Below, one piece after another: positions 1 to 11,980 of a DNA stretch of 64,000 nucleotides. The position numbers and the translations under genes were made by a program. The first letter of the stretch is position 1. Each line of letters opens with the position of its first letter. Location of the stretch: positions 60,946,001 through 61,010,000 of the forward strand of contig NC_135813.1 of NCBI RefSeq assembly GCF_964213995.1, given 5' to 3'. Under the pieces are notes generated by a model that saw only the letters and a program-made list of their open reading frames with translations, was not told where the DNA came from and did not search any database. This DNA is from Mustelus asterias (taxonomy: Eukaryota).

Positions 1-372
1 ACACTCCTTGAATGGTATAGTGAGATGGCTGTCTCCAGTTCTGTGGAAGTAGGTTGTTACGTTCGCGCTGTAATTCACGGTCAGCAGTAATAGCTACTTA
101 GGAAGAATAATTTTCGCAACCGCCGTCTTTCAGGCAAATTGCCAACGCGATTTAATTAACCCCCAAGTATTGCGTTGGTTACTATGACGCCAACATCAAA
201 ATCAGCTTCCCAAAATGCAAAGAACAATTTGATCGAAATCTAGAAGCCTCACTAAGAACATTGCAACTTGATGTATCCCCGTTGCATTCTATCATAGACG
301 CTAAAATTACAGGAACATTCTAGACACATGTCGGGAAAAATGGAATGACAGGGATTTGCAAACTTGACAAAT

Positions 373-655
373 GGGCGGCAGGGTAGCCCAGTGGTTAGCA
401 CTGCTGCCTCACAGCGCCAGGGACCCGGGTTCGATTCCCGATTTGGGTCATTGCCTGTGTGGAGTCTGCACGTTCTCCCCGTGTTTGCGTGGGTTTTTTC
501 CAGGTGCTCTGGTGTCCTCCCACATTCTGAAAGATGTGCTGGTTAAGTGCATTAACCCGAACAGGCGCCGGAGTGTGGCGACTAGAGGAATTTTGCAGTA
601 ACTTCATTGCAATGTTAATGTAAGCCTTACTTGTGACTAATAAATGAACTTTACT
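373..655 (+). mobile_element. tRNA-derived shark SINE (HE1-like head, non-HE1 tail)
   Basis: A-box TAGCCCAGTGG and B-box GGTTCGATTCC; head GGGCGGCA..GTGGTTAGCACTGCTGCCTCACAGCGCCAGGGACCC recurs many times in the window; tail ends GTGACTAATAAA. Confidence 0.85.
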
Positions 656-2210
656 TTACAAAAGGTGCAGTTTGGTAAAGGAATCCCTGGAATCTCGAAG
701 AAATACTGCTCGCCTCTCATTTGATATACACCTTGAGTGAATTGAATTTGTGTGGAATATAACAGCGGGACCGCTGGAAATCTCACATAACGACATCTCT
801 GTTTTAGTCGTCGGATTCTAGACGACTTGGTCATAATATAGCAAAACAGCTCATTTAAAATGCGGGACAGAATATCTTTAGTGATGTGACTGGTATTTTC
901 CTAACGTGTACATTGCATTGGAGTAAGCAGAACTACAGAATAAACTATCTAAGCAATCATCTATATACGGCAAGGAGATATGATAACATAATTCAAGGCG
1001 TTATTTATAAAAAATATATCGAATTGGTAAGCAGGGAAAAGGATTAAGGATGTTAGGTATCTTCATCAGAAAACTAGCATAAGTTTATAAAACACGAATA
1101 TATCCAATTTCCCTACAGATGCTGCAGGAACAGTTAAGAGTTTCCAGCAATTTCTATTGGTATTTAATATTTCTAATTTTAAACATTATTTTGTTTTTTT
1201 GGATTTAAATTTAAAGCTCTGTGTGGTATTAAAATATATACACCGTAACATCGCAGGTTATCACACGGTACACAACTCGATAATCTCATTTGGAATAGAT
1301 GGCAATCTCTTCAACCTGAGACAACTGAAATACTCACCTGAAGTTTCATAGGTGATGATAATGGAATTGCTATTTACCGATGTTTGTGCCCTTGTGCCCT
1401 ACTTTGAGCATGGCCTCAAATCATAGATTGTTTTTCAAAAACAACTGACGGCCATAGTCTAATCGTCGCCTTACGGAAGGCAGAGATACTCCACCAACCA
1501 CTGCCACCTCTGACTATCCACCAGCTAATCTGTCAATGACACAACTCTGAAGGTTCAGATAACTTTACCTTTCTCGGAAGCACAATCCCCAGAGATTGCT
1601 GCATTGACAGTGAGGTGGCAAATAATTACTGGTTAGTAATGCTGCAACTGCATGTTTATTATAAACATCGTGGGTTAATGTGAATTGTCGGCTGCGAATC
1701 GTGTACTCTATTGGACGCCCATGCTTGATTTAGAGTCGAATTGATCATAGTTGCTGTGTATCCTACTTGCACGGCTGGATGCCAGGGTAAATTGCTCCCC
1801 GGAGTCGGAAGCCGACTCGATTTTAGGCCGATTGATTAATTTGGGAATTTGCACTTTATATTTTAAATCCTCTCAGCATGGGGGCAAACGACACGGGAGC
1901 AAGTCAATCCAAACAAAGAGGCCCACACGCTTCTCTTTGTGTTAGGATCCATCGTAAGTACTGACTGATGCTGATTAGCGAGCAAATTGTTTTTGCGTCT
2001 GAAGTAAGTGCACTTATTTAACCTTTCCAAAATCTACCCAATCTTCCAAACAGTACAGTTCTCAAGTTCAATTTCATCTAAGCCATTCGGCGGAAATGTG
2101 GGAGTAGAACAAACTAGACAGAGTTAGACGATAAAGCTTTCCTGCCTGATATTGAAAGAAGAATCGAAACCGGAATATCACTTGATTGGCATCGCAAATA
2201 ATTTACTTAC

Positions 2211-2540
2211 TGCCCAGATTCAGCCTGGTCCCTTTACCAAAAGTATTAGCACCACAACAGTAATAATCAGTCGCATCCTCAGCTTGTACTTTTGTGATGG
2301 TTAAATGCATCTTGTTGCTCGATGTATCCTCAGAACCCATGAATCGATCAGGGATATTCGAAGGTTTACCGTTGTATTCACTCCAGATAAGCACAGGGAC
2401 GCTGCCAGGTTTCTGCCTGTACCAGCTCGTGTGCCAACTGTTCATGCTGCCACCGGACATGGAACAAGTGATCTTGACGTTTTCCCCCGGGGAGGTTGAG
2501 ATGGAGGCCGGCTGTGTCAGGACAACATCCGCGTTGGTAC
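2211..2540 (-). CDS. IGLV: Ig lambda-type light chain germline-joined VJ exon, cluster 1
   Basis: Acceptor TTTTCCAG at 2541, donor GTAAGT at 2210; 330 nt open frame DVVLTQPAS..ITC..WYRQKPG..DYYC-CGANT-FGKGTRLNLG; no RSS between V and J. Confidence 0.93.
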
Positions 2541-2679
2541 CTGGAAAATTAACATTATTTTTGTTCACGCACATTCGTTGCAACTGCGAGAATTAATTGT
2601 AATTCTGAACCGCCCCACCCGAGTGAGCAATAAGACAATGCAATATTGCAGACAGCATGTTGACTTCCGGTGTACTTAC

Positions 2680-2728
2680 TGCGGAGACAGAGCGCCAGCA
2701 CGGCGAGAAATCCAACCCAGGCAGTCAT
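2680..2728 (-). CDS. IGLV: IgL leader exon, cluster 1 (MTAWVGFLAVLALCLR)
   Basis: ATG at 2728, 49 nt, hydrophobic signal peptide, phase-1 GTAAGT donor splicing in frame to the VJ exon. Confidence 0.9.
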
Positions 2729-2849
2729 TGTGGAAGTCTTGCTGGAGATCAGGAGTAAAATGGTTCCTGGTTGTCAGCTGCCTGGGTTCTTTCTGAACCT
2801 CACTTTAAGAAGTGTCAGGTATTGCGCTGCCAGATTGCAATAAGTATTT

Positions 2850-2869
2850 ATGCAAATATCCTACACGTG
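2850..2869 (-). promoter_or_regulatory. Ig V promoter: octamer ATTTGCAT (2850-2857) and CACGTG E-box (2864-2869)
   Basis: Perfect octamer in light-chain orientation about 120 nt upstream of ATG; TTAAA TATA-like element near 2804-2808. Confidence 0.85.
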
Positions 2870-4136
2870 ACACCCGATTGCTGGCCTTGTGATGACTGAC
2901 TTTTCCGCAACGCCCCTTCAAACCCATTCTTCAATCTGAGAAGACAGGAGAGTCGAAGACTAAAATGGGACACCAGGAATAGGAGATGAATAAACGTTAA
3001 GCTAAATCAGCGTCAATGAGACAGAAAATATTGTAAATACCATTCTGCTGAAAGCTCATTGATCTGAAATGTTAGTTCTGTTTCTCTTCCCACACACACC
3101 TGCTGAAAATATCCTGTACATTCTGCGTTATTTCAGATTTCCAGCATCCGCAGTATTTTACTCCGTATCAGTAAGTAACACTGATCCAATCCTCCCTGAA
3201 GATTGTAAGGATGAAATTGAGGTGAGGGATATAACGAGTTCCACAACTTCAACTTCAATACAAAAATGAATTGGAATGGGGGAACTATACTATAGGTGCT
3301 GATTTTTACAAAATGGGGATGCGTTGACGCAAAAGGTGAGTTGTGTTCAGGGTTTAGGCGAAAATAACAGGCAGTTTTCGAGGAACAATTTGCCCATCTC
3401 TGTTAATACGGGAAAGTTCTCGATGGACCAAGATAGGGAGAGACGTTAGAAACAGGATTAGACCATTCCGGCCCTCTAACCATCTACGCTCTTGAAATTA
3501 AATATCATTGATCTGTATCTCAATTCAGCCTCGTTAGGCGGATGATAGACTCGTGTGAACGAGCAGCCCGCAGGCTGTTTGTTGTACTCGGCCGTGGGGT
3601 AAGAATGAGGAACCCGAATTTGTTCTTCATATTAAAAAGGACATACTATTCCACTGGGGTTGTGGAACATATGGAATTTTGACTAACACATCAAAACAAT
3701 TGCAATGCATTTTGAGGCTTCACAGATAACATTAATTGTGAATATAATGAATTTATATGTTGTCTGCGAAGCGACGACTTTACCACCGCGAGGTGAAATA
3801 TTAGGATTCTTCCCAAGGAGACATCACTCAGTTAAAAATAAAACATTTTTATGATGGTTGTTGAATCCCAGCGACTTGTAGGGAAAGTACTTGTAAAGCA
3901 TTGCAAGGAATATGGTGACAGATTTCGCATTTATGTTATGTGTAGTGAAATCGCGATGCTGATCTTAAATAGCTACATACACCTCGCCGAGAGGGAATCT
4001 CCTCTCCCCTCCCTTCACGGTCGGTGATTCAACATGATGGCGATTTGTGTAATTTGAGGGCCTGTAACATGCTTTGCCTTGTGATAAATTTAAAGTGATT
4101 TTTCAAGCGAGTCACACAGTTCGAGAAGTAGCAAGT

Positions 4137-4294
4137 AGGGGTTAGGTTGATTGGCCATGCTAAATTGCCCCTTAGTGTCAGGGGAGTTAGCAGAGTAAAT
4201 ACGTGGGGTTACAGGGATAGGGCCTTGGGTGGGATTGTTTTCGGTGCATGTCCGATGGGCCAAATAGCCTCATCTGCACTGTAGGGATTCTATG
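4137..4294 (+). mobile_element. HE1-type SINE 3' fragment
   Basis: GGTTAGGTTGATTGGCCATGCTAAATTGCCCCTTAG...GATGGGCC..CTGCACTGTAGGGATTCTATG tail. Confidence 0.75.
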
Positions 4295-5134
4295 ATCACT
4301 CGGAGCAATTCCCTCCCCCGCCCCAAACACTCTGATGTGGCTCACTATCCCCTGCATTCCACAGACAATGCTCCCCACTTCCTACCCTCCGACAATCACT
4401 CCCGCTACCTCTGACAGTCAGGCTAAGGAGCCAGGGATTCCGGATAGTGAACGGGAGCAGTTCGGGAGGGGGATGGACATTGCTGGGGTTGCAATGAGTA
4501 ATGCTGAGCGTGTAATCAGGGTGAGAAGTAGAGGGGTACAGGTGGCTGAGCATTGTCGAGAGCGGCTGATCAATGTCGGGAGGGAGTGAGCACTGTCGGG
4601 TTGGGGTTTCTGCGCAGTGTCAGGTGGAGCGAGCAGTGGTGGGTTGGGTACAGGAGTCTGTGAGAAGTGCGGTGGCTTGAACTGTATCTGGAGGAGGGTG
4701 AGCAGTATAGGGGCTTAGCAGTGCCGGGGCGGGGAGTTAGCAGTGCCGGGGCGGGGATTGGGGAAGGGGTGTGGTGTGTGCCTGGTGGTGGGGGCGGGGG
4801 GGGGGGGGGGGTAGGGAGTCGATGGCCAGTACCAGAAGTGGGTGAGCTGGGTTGAAGGGGTGAGGGCAAAAGTGGGGAGGTGTGAGGGAGGGCGGGGTGA
4901 GCTGTGTTGGGGAATGGACGAATTCTGTCAGCTGTGTGGAGGGTGAGAAATGACGGGAGCTGCGCAGTATTGCGGGGGTGAGCGCATGGGGGCTGGTTGG
5001 GGTGAAACTGGCCTGGTGTCTGGGTGGCGTGAAATCTGTAGGGACAACCTTACCCGTACCAAGGTTGCCTTTGTAGCTGGAGAGCTTTGATGGGCCATCT
5101 GATTTACTTAGAGCTGCACTCCTGCGCAAATTTT

Positions 5135-6030
5135 GCACATGTAGATAAACGCATGAAGCGTGGTGAATAAGATTGGTGTGCTGCAAACAGAAAGAGCAAT
5201 GTGGGAATATAGCGTTGTGGCTATAATGGAAAAGTGGCTGAAAAGTTGAGAGGTCCGTGGGCATTTAATATACCGAGATAGTAAGTGTTCAGAAAAGGAC
5301 AAAATGGGAAGTGGGGTGGCAGCACTGATTGACATTGCGGTGCTGGGAGAGAGGATTTATTGAGGGGCCAAGACAGAGTCCATTTAGTTAGAGTTGAGAA
5401 GCAGAAGATGTAAAGTTTCAAGGATATTCTGTATGCCTTCGAACAGAGTCAGAGATATAGAGGAACAAATTTGCAGGCCAAATCACAGAGACATGCAACA
5501 ATTATAGAGTGATGCTAGGGTACTTCAATTACTCCGGTATCAATTGGTATAATTTCGGAGTGAAGGGTAAGGAATGGGCAGGTGTTTTTTTTAGTCTGTT
5601 TTTACAAACAACTTTGTTGATCAGTATTTTCTCACCCAACTGGAAAGGAGGCATTGTTGGCTCGGGGCTGAGAAATGAACTGTACCAAGCGGATGTTGGG
5701 GGACATTTGGGGAAAAGTGATCATCTTATAATAAGGGTAGGTTAGTAATGGAGAAGAGGAAGGTAAAATCCGGTATAAAACTTTCAACTTGGAAGAGGGC
5801 TCATTTCAATGTGATCAGAAGAAATTTAATGATGGTAAAATGGAAGCAGAGACTGACAGAAAAAACTATAATGGCACAATGAGTGACATTTAAGGAAGAG
5901 TTTATTTGAGGTACAGGCTAGGTACATTACATCAAGGGCAATAGGTTAATGAGCCACAAACAGGGCTCCTTGGAGGCCAAGGACAGTAGAGATTACAATT
6001 AATCAAAATGTAAGGGTGGCTAATGCAAGT
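5135..6030 (+). mobile_element. Degenerate CR1 LINE ORF2 endonuclease-region fragment
   Basis: Decayed motifs resembling NARS..NK, GDFNY..INW and HLGKSDH with stops and frameshifts. Confidence 0.6.
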
Positions 6031-6050
6031 TTGATGATATTGCACTATTC

Positions 6051-6714
6051 TGTTACGTTTTCTGTCTAAGGTGGGATTGCTTTAAGAGGCAGTGTTTTGT
6101 TACAATAGTCCACTTGTCTGGCAAACATGCAGCAGATGCTAAGACTGCAGGTTAATAATTGATTTTTTAGCAAGAAATGTGTTTTGTTGTAGAGTTAATG
6201 GACCTTTTGTTTATTTAGGTTTTCCTGGGATTCCAGACTAGGTATACAGAGTCATGTGGTCAATGGGATGAGCTAAGCTTGCAGGGAAGAAGTACCGTTT
6301 CAGTTTCATTTAAAAATACACACAATTTGCTGTCTGGACTGCCAAAAAGTAGTCCCTCTCTCTGAAAATGCCTCTCTGATGGCTCCAGGGCTGGTAAACT
6401 AAGTCACATAGGTAGGCTTGAGTTTTGCTGACTACTTTTAAAGAGGGGAATATCATAGGGATAGGTGAGCAGTTAAGTACTGTATCTTGTCATGTTTAAG
6501 TAATATTTAATTGTTAAATGTTTAAGCTAATTCATTTGTTATAGTGAAACTGTGTTGTTAAGTAAAATTTGTTTGATATAAGTTTCCCAGTGTATCAGTG
6601 GAAACATGCTTGGAGTGAAACATCATATCCACACATTAATGCCAAAATAGCATATTGTTGGGGTCTAGTCTGACATCATGAAATACCTTGTGGTTTCTAA
6701 TCTGGTATCTTAAC
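6051..6714 (+). mobile_element. Possible solo LTR
   Basis: Begins TGTTA and ends TAACA, about 660 bp, interrupts CR1-like sequence; no target-site duplication seen. Confidence 0.3.
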
Positions 6715-9117
6715 AGAAGACAGGCGAGTTATTCAAGTGAAAGCTCGGTCAAATACAATAGATTGTGAGGAGAGTTTTAAAGGACTGGCAATGAGATAGC
6801 ATAGGGAGCGACGATTGCATAGTGGTATTGTTATAAGACCAGAAAATCAGGGTAATCGTTGAATTCCAATAAAGCAGTTGGTAAAATTTAAATTCCGTCA
6901 GAAATATGGAATGAAATGTCTGATAGTGACCATTAAAGGATTATCAATAAAAGCTCAGCTAATTTGCTAATATGAGGGAAAGGAAACTAAAATAGTAAAG
7001 AGGCATTAAGAATTGAAATGCATCGGAATAGGGTGAATTGAAGCTCTGATTTATGATTCATAGGCCCAAAATAGATGGCTTCATGCTTTGAATTTGTCTG
7101 TCATTTGCCTTGGTCAATGTAACTGCCATCGCAGATCAAAGCTGGTGAGATCTGCAAACATGCACATACAACTCTCTACGCCTTCATTTTAGTCCTTAAA
7201 AGATGTGTCAAAAATTTGAAGTCCGGAACTCGTCCCGCAGGGGAACAAGTTGTCCTATTAAGAAAAACAACGAATGGACGATTCACTGCTACAGTCTCCT
7301 ATTTCCCGATATATTACAAACCCATATTTTCGATTGCATTATTTGATCTGGGGGTAGTTAGCTTACATTCTGCGCCAAACCAGGATTTAACCGTGCGAGA
7401 AACGCCATGTCAGTGTCCAGACGGTAGAAATATCTCCTCCAAATAAATTGTTGGGTGGGTGGGGCAGTTCGCCTTATTTTTAAACAGTGACTCCTAGTTC
7501 TAGTTTATCTCACAAGAAGAAACATCCCCTGCAGATCCATCCTGTCAATACCACTCAGCTTCTTATGTGTTTCAATAAAGGACTTGAACGCGGATCTTCT
7601 GGCCTCGAGGCAAGGACACGCTTAGCAGAGGAACGCTTTGGAGCAAAATTAACTTAATCATATCTTGGTATTTAGACAGAAGTGCGTTTCTATTTTGTTT
7701 GCCAAATGCTCCAGAAAATGGCACACAAAAATAGCAATGGGATGGAAGATGTTCTAAAATCTTCAGAAATCTTTTAGGGGGACCCAGGGTGTAATTGAAC
7801 TTGTTCCGGTTTAATTACAAATATTTGTCGTGAATCTGCATGATTTGGTTTTGAAAATATCTGGATACCTGTGATTAACTCAATTCCGCGCCTTCCGCCC
7901 AGCTAGAAAAACGCATTAAAGCGAAAATATGAACGTGAAATAGTTTATACTTCTCCAACTTGATGGCATTGAATGGTACAAATCAGTGTGCACTTGCCAG
8001 GAACATTTACTGCCCTTTAAACTCTGCGGAAATGGTTCAGTTAGTGCGACATTTTCGACATCGTGGTTCATGTTAGTTGCCTACTCGTAACTTCACCGGT
8101 AAGCAATGAATAACAATAATGCGCCGGTTAGTTTCGACATGTTAATATAAACTGTACATTTTAAAAAGTTGATGTTCATTTTGGAGATGGGGTATTGAAA
8201 TCATCAGCGATAAAATGGAAATAGTGGTTTGTTGCCTTACGGGGACGTTATGGATGGAGACTGATTCCTGCTTAATGTAGTTCAACATCTTGAAGGAAAC
8301 GAGAAAATATTAAGGGGGAGAGATTAGTTGCATTCGATTGCATTAGACTTCATGGGTAATTATAATCTCCGGGTGCTTGATTGATCACCGTCAAGAACTC
8401 CGGAAAGATAGTTCCTCAATTAGACACGATATTCTCTTTTGTGTTCCCTAAGGAGATTGAGGTATAGGAAGGTGTAAAGCTGAAACTCCTCTGCAGTTAA
8501 CGGTTGGATTCTCCGTTTCCCATCTTTCTCCTGTAGGCTTATAGCATTGTAAGAAATACCAGGCGTTGATCCCGCGTAGAGGTTACAACCACTGACAGAT
8601 TCGACCCTTCGATTCGGCTAATTTTATATGAATACTACCGTTGGGTCAGTATTCAAATTAATGCTCCTATTTGTAAAATGTATTCATTTCTGAGGAGAAA
8701 AAAAGTAACCCAGAACGAGGGGACACAGACGGCACTTTTTAATGGAATATTTGAATATTATGATAAATTGACTCTTCCATGTTGACTTTGTGGCAAGTAA
8801 CATTTTAAAAACGACTTGAATAGTTATTAGATTCCACCTTCAAACTATTTACTCGTTTGGCTCTTCGTTTTTATCAGTTGACAACTTTCTTACGTTCGAT
8901 CATCAAGAGGATATGTTAGAACAGGAATAGGGGCTCATTCAGCCGGTTCCGCCATTCTAATGGACCACCAAAATGAGGCTACCTGATACGCTGCAGGAAA
9001 GGATCTCCCAAGGCATGGTACATTGGCGAGAACATGCAGACGCTACGACAACGGATGAATGGACATCCGTCGACAATCACCAGGCAGGAGTGTTCCCTTC
9101 CTATCGGGGAACACTTC

Positions 9118-9257
9118 GTGATGTGGAAATGCCGGCGTTGGACGGAGTCTAACAACACCAGGTTAAAGTCCAACAGGTTTATGTGGTAGCAAACGCCACT
9201 AGCTTTCGGAGCGCTGCTCCTTCCTCAGATGGAGTGGAAATCTGCTCTCAAACAGCT
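9118..9257 (-). mobile_element. Inverted Penelope pLTR fragment inserted into the Penelope element
   Basis: Flanked by 12-bp direct repeat GGGGAACACTTC (9106-9117, 9258-9269); reverse complement of the pLTR end. Confidence 0.85.
9193..9235 (-). ncRNA. Minimal type I hammerhead ribozyme (Penelope-associated)
   Basis: Minus strand CCAU-CUGAGGA-A-GGAGC(AGC)GCUCC-GAA-AGCU-A-GUGG: core boxes, stem II, palindromic AGCU stem III, stem I CCAU/GUGG. Confidence 0.75.
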
Positions 9258-9644
9258 GGGGAACACTTCTGCAGTCAAGAGCATTCAGCCTCTGATCTTC
9301 GGGTAAGCGTTCTCCAGTGCGGCCTTCAGGACACACGACAACGCAGAATCGCTGAGCAGAAACTGATAGCCAGGTTCCGCACACATGAGGACGGCCTCAA
9401 CCGGGATCTTGGGTTCAAGTCACACTATCTGTAACCCCCACAACTTGCCTGGGCTTGCAAAATCTCACTAACTGTCCTGGCTGGAGACAATACACATCTC
9501 TTCAACCGATGCTTAACCCTCTCTCCACTCACATTGTCTGCACCTGTAAAGACTTGATTACCTGTTAAGACTCGCATTCCAACCATTATCTTGTAATTGA
9601 GTTTGCGTCTATATATGCCCTGCTTGTGAACTCAACTCTTCACT

Positions 9645-9676
9645 CACCTGAAGGGGCAACGCTCCGAAAGCTCGTG
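9645..9676 (+). ncRNA. Degenerate hammerhead ribozyme in Penelope pLTR
   Basis: CAC-CTGA-AGGGGC(AAC)GCTCC-GAAAGCT-C-GTG; CUGANGA box lacks 3 nt relative to the copy at 9193-9235. Confidence 0.55.
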
Positions 9677-10024
9677 CTATCAAATAAACCCGTTGGACTT
9701 TAACCGGGTGTTGTGAGACTACTTACTGTTGATTGTAGTAATCCAACAAAGGCTGTCGCCGCTGAGCGATATTAAATTTACATCGCAATCCGCGCAATTA
9801 GTTTGCAATCAGCATGAAAGGAAAATGGAAAGAAAACAAAATTGCGATCTTCAGGATTTAATGTAAATAAGAACGAATAATCTGTTTCATTGTACGAAAT
9901 GCAAGTTACCCTCGCATTGTATTGCATATGTTACATAGTTTTCTAGATCGACGGACTCTGTGTGATTTGTTAAGGTCCATTATGAAGCTGACGTTATACA
10001 ACATAGAACTTGCAACGTTATCAG

Positions 10025-11555
10025 TGTAGTGTTGAACTTGCAGGGGCCCTGGCAGACATATTTAAAATGTCAGTATTCACGGGGGAGGTGCCGGATGATT
10101 GGAGGGTGGCTCATGTTGTTCCGTTGTTTAAAAAAGGTTCCAAAAGAAATCCGAGAAATTATCGGCCAGTACGTTTGACGTCAGTGGTGGGCAAGTTATT
10201 GGAAGGTGTGATAAGGGATAGGATCTACAAATATTTGGATAGACAGGGACTTATTAGGGAGAGTCAACATGGCTTTGTGCGTGGTAGATCATGTTTGACC
10301 AATCTATTAGAGTTTTTCGAGGAGGTACCAGGAAAGTGGATGAAGGGAAGGCGGTGGATGTTGTCTACCTGGATTTCAGCAAGGCCTTTGACAAGGTCCC
10401 TCATGGGAGGTTAGTTAGGAAGGTTCAGTCGCTAGGTATACATGGGGAGGTAGTAAATTGGATAAGACACTGGCTCAATGGAAGAAGCCAGAGAGTGGTT
10501 GTGGAGGATTGCTTCTCTGAGTGGTGGCCTGTGACTAGTGGTGTGCCGCAGGAATCGGTGTTGGGTCCATTGTTGTTTGTCATCTATATCAATGATCTGG
10601 ATGATAATGTGGTAAATTGGATCAGCAAGTTTGCTGATGATACAAAGATTGGAGGTGTAGTGGACAGTGAGGAAGGTTTTCAAAGTTGCAGAGGGATTTG
10701 GACCAACTAGAAAAATGGGCTGAAAAATGGCAAATGGAGTTTAACGCGGACAAGTGTGAGATATTGCACTTTGGAGGGACAAACCAAAGAAGAACGTATA
10801 GGGTAAATGGTAGGACTCTGAAGAGTGCAGTTGAACAGAGGGATCTGGGAATACAGGTACAGAATTCCCTAAAAGTGACGTCACAGGTGGATAGGGTCGT
10901 AAAGAGTGCCTTTGGTACATTGGCCTTTATAAATCGGAGTCTCGAGTATAAAAGTTGGAGTGTTATGGTAAGGTTATATAAGGCATTGGTGAGGCCGAAT
11001 TTGGAGTATTGTGTACAGTTTTGGTCACCTAGTTACAGGAAGGATGTAAATAAGGTTGAAAGAGTGCAGAGAAGGTTCACAAGGATGTTGCCGGGACTTG
11101 AGAAGCTGAGTTACAGAGAGAGATTGAATAGGTTGGGACTTTATTCCCTGGAGCGTAGAAGATTGAGGGGAGATTTGATAGAGGTGTATAAGATTTTGAT
11201 GGGTATAGATAGAGTGAATGCAAGCAGGCTTTTTCCGCTGAGGCTAGGGGAGAAAAAAACCAGAGGGCATGGGTTAAGGGTGAAAGGAGAAAAGTTTAAA
11301 GGGAATATTAGGGGGGGCTTCTTCACGCAGAGAGTGGTGGGAGTGTGGAATGAGCTGCCGGATAAAGTGGTAAATGCAGGGTCACTTTTAACATTTAAGA
11401 AAAACTTGGACGGGTTCATGGATGAGAGGGGTGTGGAGGGATATGGTCCAAGTGCAGGTCAGTGGGACTAGGCATAAAATGGTTCGGCACAGACAAGAAG
11501 GGCCAAAAGGCTTGTTTCTGAGCTGTAATTTTCTATGGTTCTATGGTTCTATGGT
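10025..11555 (+). mobile_element. 5'-truncated CR1 LINE (RT domain, two frameshifts)
   Basis: [27 protein letters not shown] and KFADDTK across ORFs 10010-11471; tail (TTCTATGG)n. Confidence 0.95.
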
Positions 11556-11657
11556 TAGAAAGAAGACAATACATTGAATATGTAAATCGTCAAAGTTCGA
11601 CTGTTTGCATCTAATGCGCAGTAGATTTTCACACGTTGTTTCTACTTTTCTTTCCTG

Positions 11658-11980
11658 AGCCGCGAGCCCCTTCTGTGTTCGTCCTTCCGCCTTCATCGGA
11701 TCGAGCCAAAGAAAAGGGCAAGGTCACCCTGGTGCGTTTTATTAACGGCTTCAACCCGGGAGCTGCGGAGACTGAATGGACTGTAGATGGCAGCGTCAGA
11801 GGGAATGGGGTTGAGACCAGTCGGGTCCAGCAGGAGGCGGACAACACGTTCAGTGTGAGCAGTTATCTGACTCTGTCAGCCTCAGGGTGGAACTCACACG
11901 AATTTTACTCCTGTGTGGTTAAACGCGAGGCTCTAGCAAACCTACTTATGACAAACATAGAGAGGTCTAACTGCATCTGA
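11658..11980 (+). pseudogene. IGLC: Ig light-chain C exon pseudogene, orphan and inverted relative to the other clusters
   Basis: 323 nt like the other C exons; acceptor AG>TG at 11656-11657; first canonical Cys>Arg (CGT 11735-11737); KH>KR; no V/J recognised upstream on + strand. Confidence 0.88.

Larger units (their letters stand above)
8979..9728 (+). mobile_element. Penelope-like element 3' part (GIY-YIG endonuclease remnant plus pLTR)
   Basis: Translates LIRCRKG..AWYIGE.MQTLRQRMNGH and QRRIAEQKLIARFRTHEDGLNRDLG; pLTR end AATAAACCCGTTGGACTTTAACCGGGTGTTGTGAGAC. Confidence 0.85.

Noticed and set aside
373-445. tRNA-like A/B boxes at SINE heads
   Set aside because: They continue into SINE bodies; no cloverleaf, so not tRNA genes
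4570-5264. Proline-rich ORFs on the minus strand
   Set aside because: Artefact of G/C-skewed low-complexity sequence
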